Virus record (IMG/VR): IMGVR_UViG_3300032325_000466
Location: 127,028 to 191,027 of that record
Direction: 5' to 3' (one strand)
Source: a virus
Length of the DNA stretch: 64,000 nt
Part shown: in pieces, positions 17,593 to 26,575 of the stretch
How positions within the stretch are numbered: position 1 is the stretch's first letter
How the letters are laid out: each line of letters opens with the position of its first letter
Program-made: the position numbers and the translations under genes
The notes under the pieces: model-generated
Told to the model about the DNA's origin: nothing
The model's input: the letters and a program-made list of their open reading frames with translations, nothing else
Databases searched by the model: none

Positions 17593-18528
17593 ATGGCAAA
17601 GATTAAAAAAGCAAGCACTAATAGTAGTGCAATGATACACGACCAACTAACCATTGTTTCTGTGTTTGGACATAACAATGGTTCTTCAGTCATTCCTGCT
17701 ATATTAAAAAGTATGGAAGAATTGCCTGGCAGTCGAGGGCTTCTTTTATCTATTGAAAAACCAAAAAATCTTCCCCCTGAAATTGAATGGAAACAGATTC
17801 ACAATTTAAATTATAAACAGTACACTCTTTTTATGATGCATTCTTTGTATGCATTTATCAAAACTGACTATTGTTTGACAGTACAAGAAGATGGCTGGGT
17901 TATAAACGGCAATAATCTTACTGAAAAATATTACGAATACGATTATATTGGACCAATTACCCATTGCGCTATAAAAATGGATGATAGTCTTACTTCATTG
18001 CAGCATTTATTTTTACAGTTTCATTGGTGTGGTAAAGCAGATTCAACTACATTTGTGATACAAAATGGCGGATTTTCACTTAGAAGCAAAAGATTTTTAG
18101 AAGCTTGCAATGTTCATGGAATCACCCATACCACTGATCTTGGTCTAAAAATAACAGGTGCAAACGGCAAAGAAGAATTATGGACACCTATTTGGAACGA
18201 AGATGTACAACTAAGTGGTATGCTTAGGCCAAAGTTGATGAGGTGTGGTTATAAATATGCACCCACTGAAGTAGCAATGGAGTTTGGAGTAGAATACTTA
18301 CATACTGAACTACACAAAACTATGGACTTTAATACTATCGTAGGACATCATGCTAAGTCTAGGGTGTTAGTAGACCAAGATACTATAAAATTGCCAAACA
18401 ATGTGGGCACCTTAGGAATGATGGAAAAACGATTCATAGAATGGCTGCGCGACACAAAAAAATACAAGTTCATGTTGGATGCTGAATGGCAAAGTAAATT
18501 TGGGATGAATTCTGGCTCCAAAGGTTGA
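17593..18528 (+). CDS. DUF5672-like (glycosyltransferase-like) protein
   Basis: YCLTVQEDG, YDYIG, NGGFSLRSKRFLEA, NEDV motifs. Confidence 0.75.
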   Translation: MAKIKKASTNSSAMIHDQLTIVSVFGHNNGSSVIPAILKSMEELPGSRGLLLSIEKPKNLPPEIEWKQIHNLNYKQYTLFMMHSLYAFIKTDYCLTVQEDGWVINGNNLTEKYYEYDYIGPITHCAIKMDDSLTSLQHLFLQFHWCGKADSTTFVIQNGGFSLRSKRFLEACNVHGITHTTDLGLKITGANGKEELWTPIWNEDVQLSGMLRPKLMRCGYKYAPTEVAMEFGVEYLHTELHKTMDFNTIVGHHAKSRVLVDQDTIKLPNNVGTLGMMEKRFIEWLRDTKKYKFMLDAEWQSKFGMNSGSKG

Positions 18529-18553
18529 CAATAAATAAGCATTCTGTTATATT
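18525..18553 (+). promoter_or_regulatory. Early promoter cassette 1
   Basis: TTGACA-ATAAATAAGCATTCTGT-TATATT. Confidence 0.8.
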
Positions 18554-18582
18554 AAATCTATAGTAGATAGAGGGAGTAGATA

Positions 18583-19026
18583 ATGAAAAAAGGTGAAATG
18601 CTTGACAAAATGCTAGTCATTGTCACCAACGCACACCATGGTCAATTTGATCGAGGCGGAAATCCCTATATTCTGCACCCACTCAAAGTAATGCACTACC
18701 TAAGATCGGATGACGAGGAACTAATGTGCATGGCTCTTGGACATGATGTTATTGAAGATACTTCGGTAACTTACAAAGACTTGCGAGATGCTGGTATCAG
18801 TGAGAGAGTTATCGCAGGGATCCGCGCACTGACCAAAGTACCCGGACAGACTTATGATGAATACAAAGAAGGGGTCTTTGCTAGCTCAGATGCGATGAGA
18901 GTTAAGCTGGCCGACTTGCGACACAACACCGATATTCGGCGTCTAAAGGGTGTTACTGAAAAAGACATTGCTAGAATGGCAAAGTATCATACTTTCTATA
19001 TGGAAATAAAAGCAAAACTAGGTTGA
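18583..19026 (+). CDS. HD-domain (p)ppGpp hydrolase-like protein (Mesh1/small alarmone hydrolase type)
   Basis: AHHGQFDRGGNPYILHP, ALGHDVIEDT, ALTK, VKLADLRHN. Confidence 0.88.
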   Translation: MKKGEMLDKMLVIVTNAHHGQFDRGGNPYILHPLKVMHYLRSDDEELMCMALGHDVIEDTSVTYKDLRDAGISERVIAGIRALTKVPGQTYDEYKEGVFASSDAMRVKLADLRHNTDIRRLKGVTEKDIARMAKYHTFYMEIKAKLG

Positions 19027-19051
19027 CAATAAATGGGTTTGGGCGTATAAT
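19023..19051 (+). promoter_or_regulatory. Early promoter cassette 2
   Basis: TTGACA-ATAAATGGGTTTGGGCG-TATAAT. Confidence 0.92.
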
Positions 19052-19081
19052 ATGGTTATACACTGAAACACAGGACTAAAA

Positions 19082-19321
19082 ATGAAGACCTATCAAGAAG
19101 CAGTTTGGAAACTGGCACTGACGCACGCCCGTTACGATATGGGCGGTGGCTTGCCACGCGCCGTAGCCGGCTTAGATACAGTGGCATGGATCTTTGATGT
19201 TTCTGAAAAGCAAGTCCAAAAGGATGTGGACAAGGCCCTCAAAGAAGCCTGGAAAGTTGCCGGCAAGACTTGGGAAGTGGGCTGGGCCGCAATGCCGATA
19301 ATCAAAACCCCCAAAACTTGA
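19082..19321 (+). CDS. Early hypothetical protein
   Basis: Directly behind cassette-2 leader with CAGGA RBS. Confidence 0.7.
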   Translation: MKTYQEAVWKLALTHARYDMGGGLPRAVAGLDTVAWIFDVSEKQVQKDVDKALKEAWKVAGKTWEVGWAAMPIIKTPKT

Positions 19322-19346
19322 CAATAAATGGATTTGGGCGTATAAT
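19318..19346 (+). promoter_or_regulatory. Early promoter cassette 3
   Basis: TTGACA-ATAAATGGATTTGGGCG-TATAAT. Confidence 0.92.
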
Positions 19347-19377
19347 ATCTTTATACACTGAACAAACAGGCACAGAA

Positions 19378-19737
19378 ATGAACTACACTTTCGATAGCAA
19401 CATTGTTTCCGATCTTCACAAAGATGCTTATGGCCGTCGTCCCAGCGACAGCTTTTGGTCGCAATGGACCGATGCTTCGGATGCTGAAAAGCAGACCATT
19501 TGGGACGGACTGTTGCGTTCCTTGGAAATCTCTATGGAGATCGAACGGGAGGCAGAGCAGCGGGCCATTGAGCGGTTCGAGGCTTTGGTTCGGGTAAACA
19601 TTGACGCAGGTGCAAAGGACCGTGAGACCGCACTGCGTTGGATCATGGATGCTAGCAAGTGTAACGGTGACTGGGAATATCTGTGCTACACTCACGGTCT
19701 GCCCTATAAGTACTTCAATGCCCGAGTGAGTGCCTGA
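19378..19737 (+). CDS. Early protein with SDLHKDAYGxRP motif
   Basis: Start reassigned to ATG 19378 downstream of promoter 3; motif recalled from T4-like aquatic phages. Confidence 0.75.
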   Translation: MNYTFDSNIVSDLHKDAYGRRPSDSFWSQWTDASDAEKQTIWDGLLRSLEISMEIEREAEQRAIERFEALVRVNIDAGAKDRETALRWIMDASKCNGDWEYLCYTHGLPYKYFNARVSA

Positions 19738-19740
19738 ACA

Positions 19741-20226
19741 ATGAGTGCTTGGAGTCATCTACCAAACGCGGTGCATATCGACCGAGTACTGGCTTCAGTT
19801 AAGTCACATCCCAAATTATGGCTGCATACAAGGGATCAGGCATGGCAACAGACAAATTTTAATGCCTGGGATCAGGCAAGAGATCAGGCAAGAGATCAGG
19901 CATGGTATCAGGTATGGGAGCAGGCAAGGGGTCAGGCATGGGAGCAGGCAAGGGATCAGGTAAGGGTCCGAGCATGGTATCAGGCAAGGGATCAGGTAGG
20001 TGTTCGGGCAAGGGGTCAGGTATGGGATCAGGCATGGGGTCAGGAAGGGGGCCAAGCAATGGGTGCTATGCTCGCACTGGTCGCATATGATGATTGTGCT
20101 ACTTATTTGCAGCTTCCCATTGACCAACTTAAAATGCTTTACCAGTTAAACGAACATCCAGCTTGTCTATTACTTCAGCCCGCGGTTATTGTATTCGCAA
20201 AAGAAAAGGAACTGGTCCAAAGTTGA
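19741..20226 (+). CDS. Early protein with tetrapeptide (W/R)xQ(A/V) repeats
   Basis: RDQAWQQ...WDQARDQARDQAWYQVWEQARGQ. Confidence 0.7.
   Translation: MSAWSHLPNAVHIDRVLASVKSHPKLWLHTRDQAWQQTNFNAWDQARDQARDQAWYQVWEQARGQAWEQARDQVRVRAWYQARDQVGVRARGQVWDQAWGQEGGQAMGAMLALVAYDDCATYLQLPIDQLKMLYQLNEHPACLLLQPAVIVFAKEKELVQS
19831..20052. repeat. Degenerate 12-bp tandem repeat, approx. GGGATCAGGCA(T/A)
   Basis: About 17 imperfect units; leaves several frames open on both strands. Confidence 0.9.
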
Positions 20227-20251
20227 CAATAAATGGGTTTGGGCGTATAAT
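20223..20251 (+). promoter_or_regulatory. Early promoter cassette 4
   Basis: TTGACA-ATAAATGGGTTTGGGCG-TATAAT, identical to cassette 2. Confidence 0.92.
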
Positions 20252-20282
20252 AGCTACATACACTGAACAAACAGGAACAGAA

Positions 20283-20597
20283 ATGACTCAGTTCGACAAA
20301 ACCAAATTTCACGGTGCTACTTTCGTTCACTACAGTGGTTCGGGCGAATATCGATTCGTTGCTCGATTCAAATACGGCGGAAAGGCTGCGTTTCTGAAGT
20401 TCTTGGCCGAGAATTTCACGGTCGAGGAATACTTTCAGGAACTGGATAAGGGCACTCCCCCGCTCAGGATTGTTGAAGCCCGTGGATATGTTCAGCCCCA
20501 TGTGAAAAAGATCCTGAAGGCCGAGGGCTATCCCCAGACTACCGCAGGCATGCGTCAGTACATTGCCGAGAGCGTTATCGCTCGGCGCGCTGCTTAA
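20283..20597 (+). CDS. Early hypothetical protein
   Basis: Start reassigned to ATG 20283 after ACAGGA RBS; FLAENFTVEEYF...GYP.T motif. Confidence 0.75.
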   Translation: MTQFDKTKFHGATFVHYSGSGEYRFVARFKYGGKAAFLKFLAENFTVEEYFQELDKGTPPLRIVEARGYVQPHVKKILKAEGYPQTTAGMRQYIAESVIARRAA

Positions 20598-20619
20598 AGG
20601 ATTGGGATAAGGAGTAATT

Positions 20620-20997
20620 ATGAAAAAGCCCAAAATTTTTCCCCATCGTTATTACTGCTCGGATCGCGATGGTTGTGCCCGGTGTCCTAAATTGGCCGAG
20701 GTAGTTTGGAATCGTATTCGTGGAGACCGCAGTAGGTATGCAGTTGACATGGAGATTATTAGCGAGAACTCCATCAAAGTATACGCCTACACGATGGCCT
20801 GCAATGTGTATGGTGGTATTGGTAATCGTACTCACGAACAGATGGTTACTGAATTCACCGAAGTAGAGCAGGCAATGCTTGACGAATACATTCTTGAACT
20901 CAAGACGGCGGCGGCAGCCAAAGAGTTTGAAAAGCGAGAGGAAGAAAAAAGGAACAAAGCCGTAATGAAGATTAGAAAGGAACTCTTTGGCGTCTAG
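20620..20997 (+). CDS. Early hypothetical protein
   Basis: AAGGAG RBS; 125 aa. Confidence 0.7.
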   Translation: MKKPKIFPHRYYCSDRDGCARCPKLAEVVWNRIRGDRSRYAVDMEIISENSIKVYAYTMACNVYGGIGNRTHEQMVTEFTEVEQAMLDEYILELKTAAAAKEFEKREEEKRNKAVMKIRKELFGV

Positions 20998-21001
20998 CCG
21001 G

Positions 21002-21030
21002 TTGACAATAAATGGGTTCGGGTGTATAAT
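21002..21030 (+). promoter_or_regulatory. Early promoter cassette 5
   Basis: TTGACA-ATAAATGGGTTCGGGTG-TATAAT. Confidence 0.92.
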
Positions 21031-21062
21031 ACTTGTATTGAAACTGAAGAACAGGAACAAAA

Positions 21063-22091
21063 ATGACTCAAATTCTTATCAAGCGCGGCGCGTATCGTGG
21101 TACTCCCGTTATCAATCAAACCTTTACACTGGTCAAAGGTTTTCAGGTAGGTGCCAAAGGTAACTATGTTACTGTCAAAAACGAGGGACATTTCCCGATC
21201 GCTATTGATGTAGTAAAGGTTAAAGTAGATAATATGGGATCATTCGAATTTACTTCAGGAGAGCCTGTGACTAGCACCGCAGTGGAAATCAAGCAAGTGT
21301 ACAAGCCCGCAGAAACCGACGAGGCAGCTATGGACCGAATCGCTACTCGGTTCTCAGTACTAGATGAGATGTCGCAAGCTTGTATCAAAGGCGATATCCG
21401 AGCCATGATCGTGTCAGGTCCCCCGGGCGTTGGCAAATCGTTTGGCGTCGAGCAGCAATTGGAAAAGGCCGCACTGTTTGACAAAATCGCAGGCAAGCGG
21501 GTTCGCTTTGAGATTGTCAAAGGTGCAATGACCGCACTGGGCCTCTATGTTCAATTGTACAAGTTTTCGGACCCGAAAAACATTCTAGTGTTCGATGACT
21601 GTGACTCGGTTTTGCAAGATGAACTGGCCCTGAATATTCTCAAGGCTGCGCTGGATTCGGGCAAGCGTCGTCGCATTTGCTGGAACTCGGATTCGTCACT
21701 GCTTCGCCGTGAGGAAGTGCCCGATTCTTTCGAATTCAAGGGCTCGGCAATCTTTATTACGAACCTGAAATTCGGCAACATCAAGTCGAAGAAACTTCAG
21801 GATCACCTCGAGGCTCTTCAAAGTCGCTGCCACTTTCTGGACCTAACGATTGATACCGAGCGTGATAAGATGCTGCGTATCAAGCAGGTCCATCGTGATG
21901 CCGAGGGCGGTCTGTTCAAAGACTATGATTTTGAGGGTGATGAGGCTGCTGAGATTCTTTCGTTCATGGAAGTCAATCGCACTAAACTGCGCGAAGTGTC
22001 ACTGAGGATGTGTCTCAAGGTTGCTGATTTGGTTAAGATCAGCCCCGCGAATTGGCGGAATCTGACCCAGGCTACTTGCATGAAGGCATGA
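21063..22091 (+). CDS. AAA+/P-loop ATPase with N-terminal beta domain
   Basis: Walker A SGPPGVGKS, Walker B ILVFDDCD, IFITN sensor, ALQSRC Arg finger. Confidence 0.88.
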   Translation: MTQILIKRGAYRGTPVINQTFTLVKGFQVGAKGNYVTVKNEGHFPIAIDVVKVKVDNMGSFEFTSGEPVTSTAVEIKQVYKPAETDEAAMDRIATRFSVLDEMSQACIKGDIRAMIVSGPPGVGKSFGVEQQLEKAALFDKIAGKRVRFEIVKGAMTALGLYVQLYKFSDPKNILVFDDCDSVLQDELALNILKAALDSGKRRRICWNSDSSLLRREEVPDSFEFKGSAIFITNLKFGNIKSKKLQDHLEALQSRCHFLDLTIDTERDKMLRIKQVHRDAEGGLFKDYDFEGDEAAEILSFMEVNRTKLREVSLRMCLKVADLVKISPANWRNLTQATCMKA

Positions 22092-22107
22092 TTGTAGTCA
22101 GCAAAAT

Positions 22108-22133
22108 AAAAAGGGGCTTAGGCCCCTTTTTTT
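22108..22133. terminator. Intrinsic terminator closing the early island (potentially bidirectional)
   Basis: AAAAAGGGGC-TTAG-GCCCCTTTTTTT. Confidence 0.9.
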
Positions 22134-22178
22134 ACCTTTACGCTTTACTTGATACCGGCAACAGTGTATTATAGCTAA

Positions 22179-23219
22179 ATGCAAACGCCAACCTTTACTG
22201 TAACTGAAGAATGCATTACATATCTACTTACTGTTATCAGGCTAAGTAGAGTTGATGCCCATTTATTTAACAACTTAGTTGTACTAAGTACGCATTCGGG
22301 TAAGATTACTACAAACCAAGTAAACCTATTTAATCGCGTAGTGTCCAAATATGAGAAACAACTGACAGAACATCTTTTAACACCCGAATATGTCGTCAGC
22401 TTGCCATGGGCATGTACAATCATAGAAAGCTTGCCCCAATATGCCGAGGCTCATATTTGGATTAAAGATAGAATGATCTATCTAAAGTCACCTTTTAGTA
22501 GAGAATTTCTTGCCGCTCTAAACCAAGATCCTATATACACTATGCATTGGGATCGAGATAATAGAGAATACAGTTTAGAGTTTGGTACAGCAGCATTAAA
22601 ACAATTGCTTCGCATGGTTAATGCCTGCTATAAACAGGTAAATTACTGTCCCATTGTAACTAAACTTTTAGCTGATGTAAAGTCATTTGAATCAGTTAAA
22701 TATTGGACTCCAACTTTAGTAATACGCAAAGAGCAATTATATATTGTCGCTTGCAATAAAAGCTTGATGGAAGCAATAGCGCATATACCACTTACTACTG
22801 ATTTAAAATCAATCTCGGCTTTACTACAATATGGGATACTGATAGATACTGAGGTCTATGATTTCTTACTAAACACTCACGATCCACATGAAGTTAAATT
22901 TGCAATTAACCACGCCCCAGCTATTGAAATAAGTGAGTTAGATAAGGTAATACATTGGTTAAAAGATTACGGGTGTGATGCGATACATATGTCACCTGAA
23001 ACTAAATTTCAGCGTAGAAAATCCCACATTTGGTGCAGCATAGAAAAAATCATAACTGACTTACATATTACAATACTTGATTCTGAAGAACAGTTGAAAC
23101 TCTATACGAATCCTGTTATAATAAGTGTTAGATCACTCTTACCTACAGCAAAAAATCCCTATAAATACTATAAGTTAATTAAAGTAATGAACACACAACC
23201 TATTGATTTACATAAATGA
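22179..23219 (+). CDS. Hypothetical protein
   Basis: 346-aa ORF coupled to uvsW. Confidence 0.7.
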   Translation: MQTPTFTVTEECITYLLTVIRLSRVDAHLFNNLVVLSTHSGKITTNQVNLFNRVVSKYEKQLTEHLLTPEYVVSLPWACTIIESLPQYAEAHIWIKDRMIYLKSPFSREFLAALNQDPIYTMHWDRDNREYSLEFGTAALKQLLRMVNACYKQVNYCPIVTKLLADVKSFESVKYWTPTLVIRKEQLYIVACNKSLMEAIAHIPLTTDLKSISALLQYGILIDTEVYDFLLNTHDPHEVKFAINHAPAIEISELDKVIHWLKDYGCDAIHMSPETKFQRRKSHIWCSIEKIITDLHITILDSEEQLKLYTNPVIISVRSLLPTAKNPYKYYKLIKVMNTQPIDLHK

Positions 23220-24673
23220 AAAAATGTACCATAAAAATAACAGATGAAGTTAATACCAAAATCATTGGTTTGGAGTTGGCTGAGCGCAAAACATTAATGA
23301 AAATGTTTGAGTATCAAGATCCAACTGCAAGATTTAGACCCTCATACAAGCTTGGCAGATGGAGTGGTAAGGTAAGTTATTTTTCACTGGCTGGTAGTAC
23401 TTATATTAATCTGTTACCTGATATTGTTCCTGTATTGGATCGCGCAGGGTATGATATAGAATTAGAAGACACAAGAGAGTATCGAACTACATTTGAATTC
23501 AACCGAGTAACCGAAACAACTTTTTCTGAATATACTTGGCCAGTGGGACATCCTAAAGCAGGGGAACCAGTCAGACTTAGAAATTATCAAGTTGAAATCG
23601 TTAATAACTTTTTAGCTAATCCACAATGCATTCAAGAAATCGCTACTGGGGCAGGTAAGACTATTATGACTGCTGCGCTAAGTTATAGCGTACAGCAATA
23701 TGGACGTAGCATTGTAATCGTACCCAATAAATCATTGGTAGTACAAACAGAATTTGACTATAAAAATATTGGACTTGATGTTGGAGTGTATTTTGGTGAC
23801 AGAAAAGAAATAGGAAAAACTCATACTATCTGTACTTGGCAAAGTTTGAATAACATGCTAAAGGATACTAAATCAGGTGAAGCGGTAGTTCCAATTGGTG
23901 AATTTTTAGAAGGTGTGGTATGTGTTATTGTTGATGAAGTACACATGGCCAAAGCAGATGCCCTAAAAACTTTGTTAACTGGTGTTATGTCTCAGATGCC
24001 TATTCGCTGGGGATTAACAGGTACTATTCCCAAAGCCGAACATGAAGCACAATCACTATTTGTAAGCTTAGGTCCAGTTATCAGTAAGCTATCAGCCAGT
24101 GAATTACAAGATCGGGGTGTACTGGCTAAGTGTCATGTAAATGTTATTCAGTTGCAAGACAAAGTAGAGTTCACTAATTACCAAAGTGAATTAAAACATC
24201 TATTAGAAGATAAGTTAAGATTAGATCATATAGCAGAAATGATTTTAAAAATCAAAGACACAGGAAACACTTTGGTGCTGGTTGACCGCGTAAATGCAGG
24301 CCGCGAGTTAGTTAGCAGGTTGCCTGACAGCGTGTTCATATCAGGTGAAACAAAACTTACAGAAAGAAAGGAAGAATATGACGAGATTGCTACCAGTACT
24401 GGTAAGATTATTGTGGCTACCTATGGTGTTGCCGCTGTGGGCATTAATATCCCTAGGATTTTTAATTTGGTTCTTTTGGAGCCCGGAAAAAGTTTTGTCC
24501 GTGTTATCCAGAGCATTGGCAGGGGTATAAGAAAAGCGGAAGACAAAGACTTCGTACAAATTTGGGACATAACTTCAAGCTGTAAATTTGCTAAACGACA
24601 TTTAACACATAGAAAAGCTTTTTATAAAGAGGCCTCATATCCATTTGAAGTGGAAAAAGTCGATTACAAATAA
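23216..24673 (+). CDS. uvsW: SF2 DNA helicase UvsW-like
   Basis: LRNYQ, ATGAGKT, IVDEVH, GLTGT, QSIGRGIR. Confidence 0.93.
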   Translation: MKKCTIKITDEVNTKIIGLELAERKTLMKMFEYQDPTARFRPSYKLGRWSGKVSYFSLAGSTYINLLPDIVPVLDRAGYDIELEDTREYRTTFEFNRVTETTFSEYTWPVGHPKAGEPVRLRNYQVEIVNNFLANPQCIQEIATGAGKTIMTAALSYSVQQYGRSIVIVPNKSLVVQTEFDYKNIGLDVGVYFGDRKEIGKTHTICTWQSLNNMLKDTKSGEAVVPIGEFLEGVVCVIVDEVHMAKADALKTLLTGVMSQMPIRWGLTGTIPKAEHEAQSLFVSLGPVISKLSASELQDRGVLAKCHVNVIQLQDKVEFTNYQSELKHLLEDKLRLDHIAEMILKIKDTGNTLVLVDRVNAGRELVSRLPDSVFISGETKLTERKEEYDEIATSTGKIIVATYGVAAVGINIPRIFNLVLLEPGKSFVRVIQSIGRGIRKAEDKDFVQIWDITSSCKFAKRHLTHRKAFYKEASYPFEVEKVDYK

Positions 24674-24696
24674 TGATAATTCTTTACATAACTGCA

Positions 24697-24725
24697 TTGA
24701 CTTCTCACACACATTATGTTAAAAT
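24697..24725 (+). promoter_or_regulatory. Sigma70-type promoter
   Basis: TTGACT-17 bp-TAAAAT. Confidence 0.65.
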
Positions 24726-24739
24726 ATCGCTAATAGCGA

Positions 24740-25255
24740 ATGGAGATTAAAATTAAAATATTATCATTAGATACAAATAGTCCTTACGATCTTACAGAGT
24801 TACCAGATGAGATTGATGATTTAAGATTTGCGATTTTGGATAACTCCAACCCAAACGCAGTAGACTATCATTATATCCCACTTATTTTCTTAGAGTCTTT
24901 TAACTCGCCTGCGCTGGTACTGCGAATCGGCAATCATACTATCAAAATGCCTGTAGATTGGCAAATTCTTATTGGCGAACCTGATCATGGTGACTTAGAA
25001 ACGCTGCCACTTACCAGTATCAATGATCGTGGCTTCAATGTATTTGAGTTTAATCCACTAAGTGCGTTTAGCCCTAGCTTTTTGCCCATAGAAATCCTAG
25101 ATGTGTATCACGATGTAACTTGGTATGCACCTAGATTAAAGAATGGCCAATTCTTATGCGTACCTATTAGTGATGGTATTAGACCCAAGTGCGTTTACTT
25201 TGTTAAAGAGATTAGCAGAAATTGTGAATTGGTTGATTATAGGTTAGCTTGGTAA
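24740..25255 (+). CDS. Hypothetical protein
   Basis: 171-aa ORF behind promoter. Confidence 0.75.
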   Translation: MEIKIKILSLDTNSPYDLTELPDEIDDLRFAILDNSNPNAVDYHYIPLIFLESFNSPALVLRIGNHTIKMPVDWQILIGEPDHGDLETLPLTSINDRGFNVFEFNPLSAFSPSFLPIEILDVYHDVTWYAPRLKNGQFLCVPISDGIRPKCVYFVKEISRNCELVDYRLAW

Positions 25256-25278
25256 GAATATACCTGTCAGGAAAAAAT

Positions 25279-25989
25279 ATGATTATTTATTATTTGATGG
25301 TTAAAACTCATACCGTGACTGGACTTAAATATCTTTGCCAAACAAAAAAATCGGACCCGCACAATTATCTTGGATCGGGTAAATATTGGAGACTACATTT
25401 AAAAACACATGGGAACGACATCCACACTGAAATCTTAAAAGAGTGCTCCTCTAAGTTAGAATTAAGAGAATGGGGCATACATTATAGCAATTTATGGAAT
25501 GTTACAAAGAGTAATGAATGGGCTAATTTGAAAGATGAAACCGGTGACGGTGGCCAACCAAAGGGATTTGGTTTAGGAAGAAAGCTATCCGACTCCCACG
25601 TAGACTCATTGAAAAAAGCAAAAACAACAATGAATGAAGAAACTATTCAAAAAATGGTTCAATCTGGAAAAAAATCATACGAAAAAACATTTGCGTTGCT
25701 TACTACTGAACAGCGGAAAGAGAAATATAAAAATAGTTTAGGAAAATTAACATTAGAACAGCGACAAGAAATTGGACGAAAAAATGAGAACAAAGGTGGA
25801 GCTATTTGGAGCAGGGCGTCATCAGGACAAGTTACAGTGACCTATAAAAACGGTATTAGTAAAAGAATTCCACAACAGTTATTTAACGACATGAAGAATG
25901 ATATGATTTTAAAAAATATACCAATGAATGAATGGGATTTCGTTCAAGTGAGTTCATTAGAATCTAAAAAGAGAAAAAATGGCTGCTAA
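25279..25989 (+). CDS. Seg-like GIY-YIG homing endonuclease
   Basis: IYYLMVKTHTVTGLKYLCQT, YLGSGKYW, WANLKDETGDGG; start probably ATG 25279. Confidence 0.8.
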   Translation: MIIYYLMVKTHTVTGLKYLCQTKKSDPHNYLGSGKYWRLHLKTHGNDIHTEILKECSSKLELREWGIHYSNLWNVTKSNEWANLKDETGDGGQPKGFGLGRKLSDSHVDSLKKAKTTMNEETIQKMVQSGKKSYEKTFALLTTEQRKEKYKNSLGKLTLEQRQEIGRKNENKGGAIWSRASSGQVTVTYKNGISKRIPQQLFNDMKNDMILKNIPMNEWDFVQVSSLESKKRKNGC

Positions 25990-26575
25990 AAAATCTGTAG
26001 TACCAGCAGACGAAAAATTTGAAAAACAAGACTTTGACTTGTTTGAGTCATTGGTTGCACTGGATAAAAAAGACTATGACTGGTACGATAGATTAACCAC
26101 AGATCAAAAGAAAAAGTTCGTTCCCTATATGTTGTTACATTGGATGAGTGCGATTAAGGGGTCACCAGAGTTACAAGGATATTATTTGCGTAGTGTAGAT
26201 TACTATGCGAACAGACATATGTTTAATGAACATGTACAGCGGCATCCCAAGCTACAATGGTTGATGTTGTGTGCAGCAAGTCCAGGATTAGGTAAACAAT
26301 TTCATCAATGGATTCCCCATCTTAGCAGCAAAGTAACTCAACTAAAAGAACCAGCAAAAGTAAAAGACATTAAAGAATACTTTAAGAAGATTTATCCAAA
26401 AACAAATGATAGTGATATTACTGAATACGCTGAAGCATTTGTAGCAGACCATAAAAAGAAATGCTATTTGGCTAAGATTTATCCAACTTTAAGTATCACT
26501 GATATTGAAACTCTAAGTCAAATAATAACAGAAGATGATATTACAAAATACGAAAGAGATAATGGCAACGGATAA
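25979..26575 (+). CDS. Putative clamp-loader small subunit (T4 gp62-like)
   Basis: KKFVPYMLLHW...QWLML...PGLGKQFHQWIP resembles gp62 core; weak. Confidence 0.5.
   Translation: MAAKKSVVPADEKFEKQDFDLFESLVALDKKDYDWYDRLTTDQKKKFVPYMLLHWMSAIKGSPELQGYYLRSVDYYANRHMFNEHVQRHPKLQWLMLCAASPGLGKQFHQWIPHLSSKVTQLKEPAKVKDIKEYFKKIYPKTNDSDITEYAEAFVADHKKKCYLAKIYPTLSITDIETLSQIITEDDITKYERDNGNG

Noticed and set aside
19082-19111. MKTYQE start matching the T4 capsid-targeting sequence
   Set aside because: It continues AVWK rather than FIxE, and the gene is under an early promoter; likely coincidence.
19745-20127. Several extra ORFs on both strands over the 12-bp repeat
   Set aside because: These are by-products of a stop-free tandem repeat; only 19741-20226 has unique flanks and coupling to neighbours.
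18521-21010. Integron attC-type cassettes in the early array
   Set aside because: GTTGACA does not fit GTTRRRY, there are no inverse core sites or attC palindromes, and no integrase is in the window. The repeats are explained as promoters.
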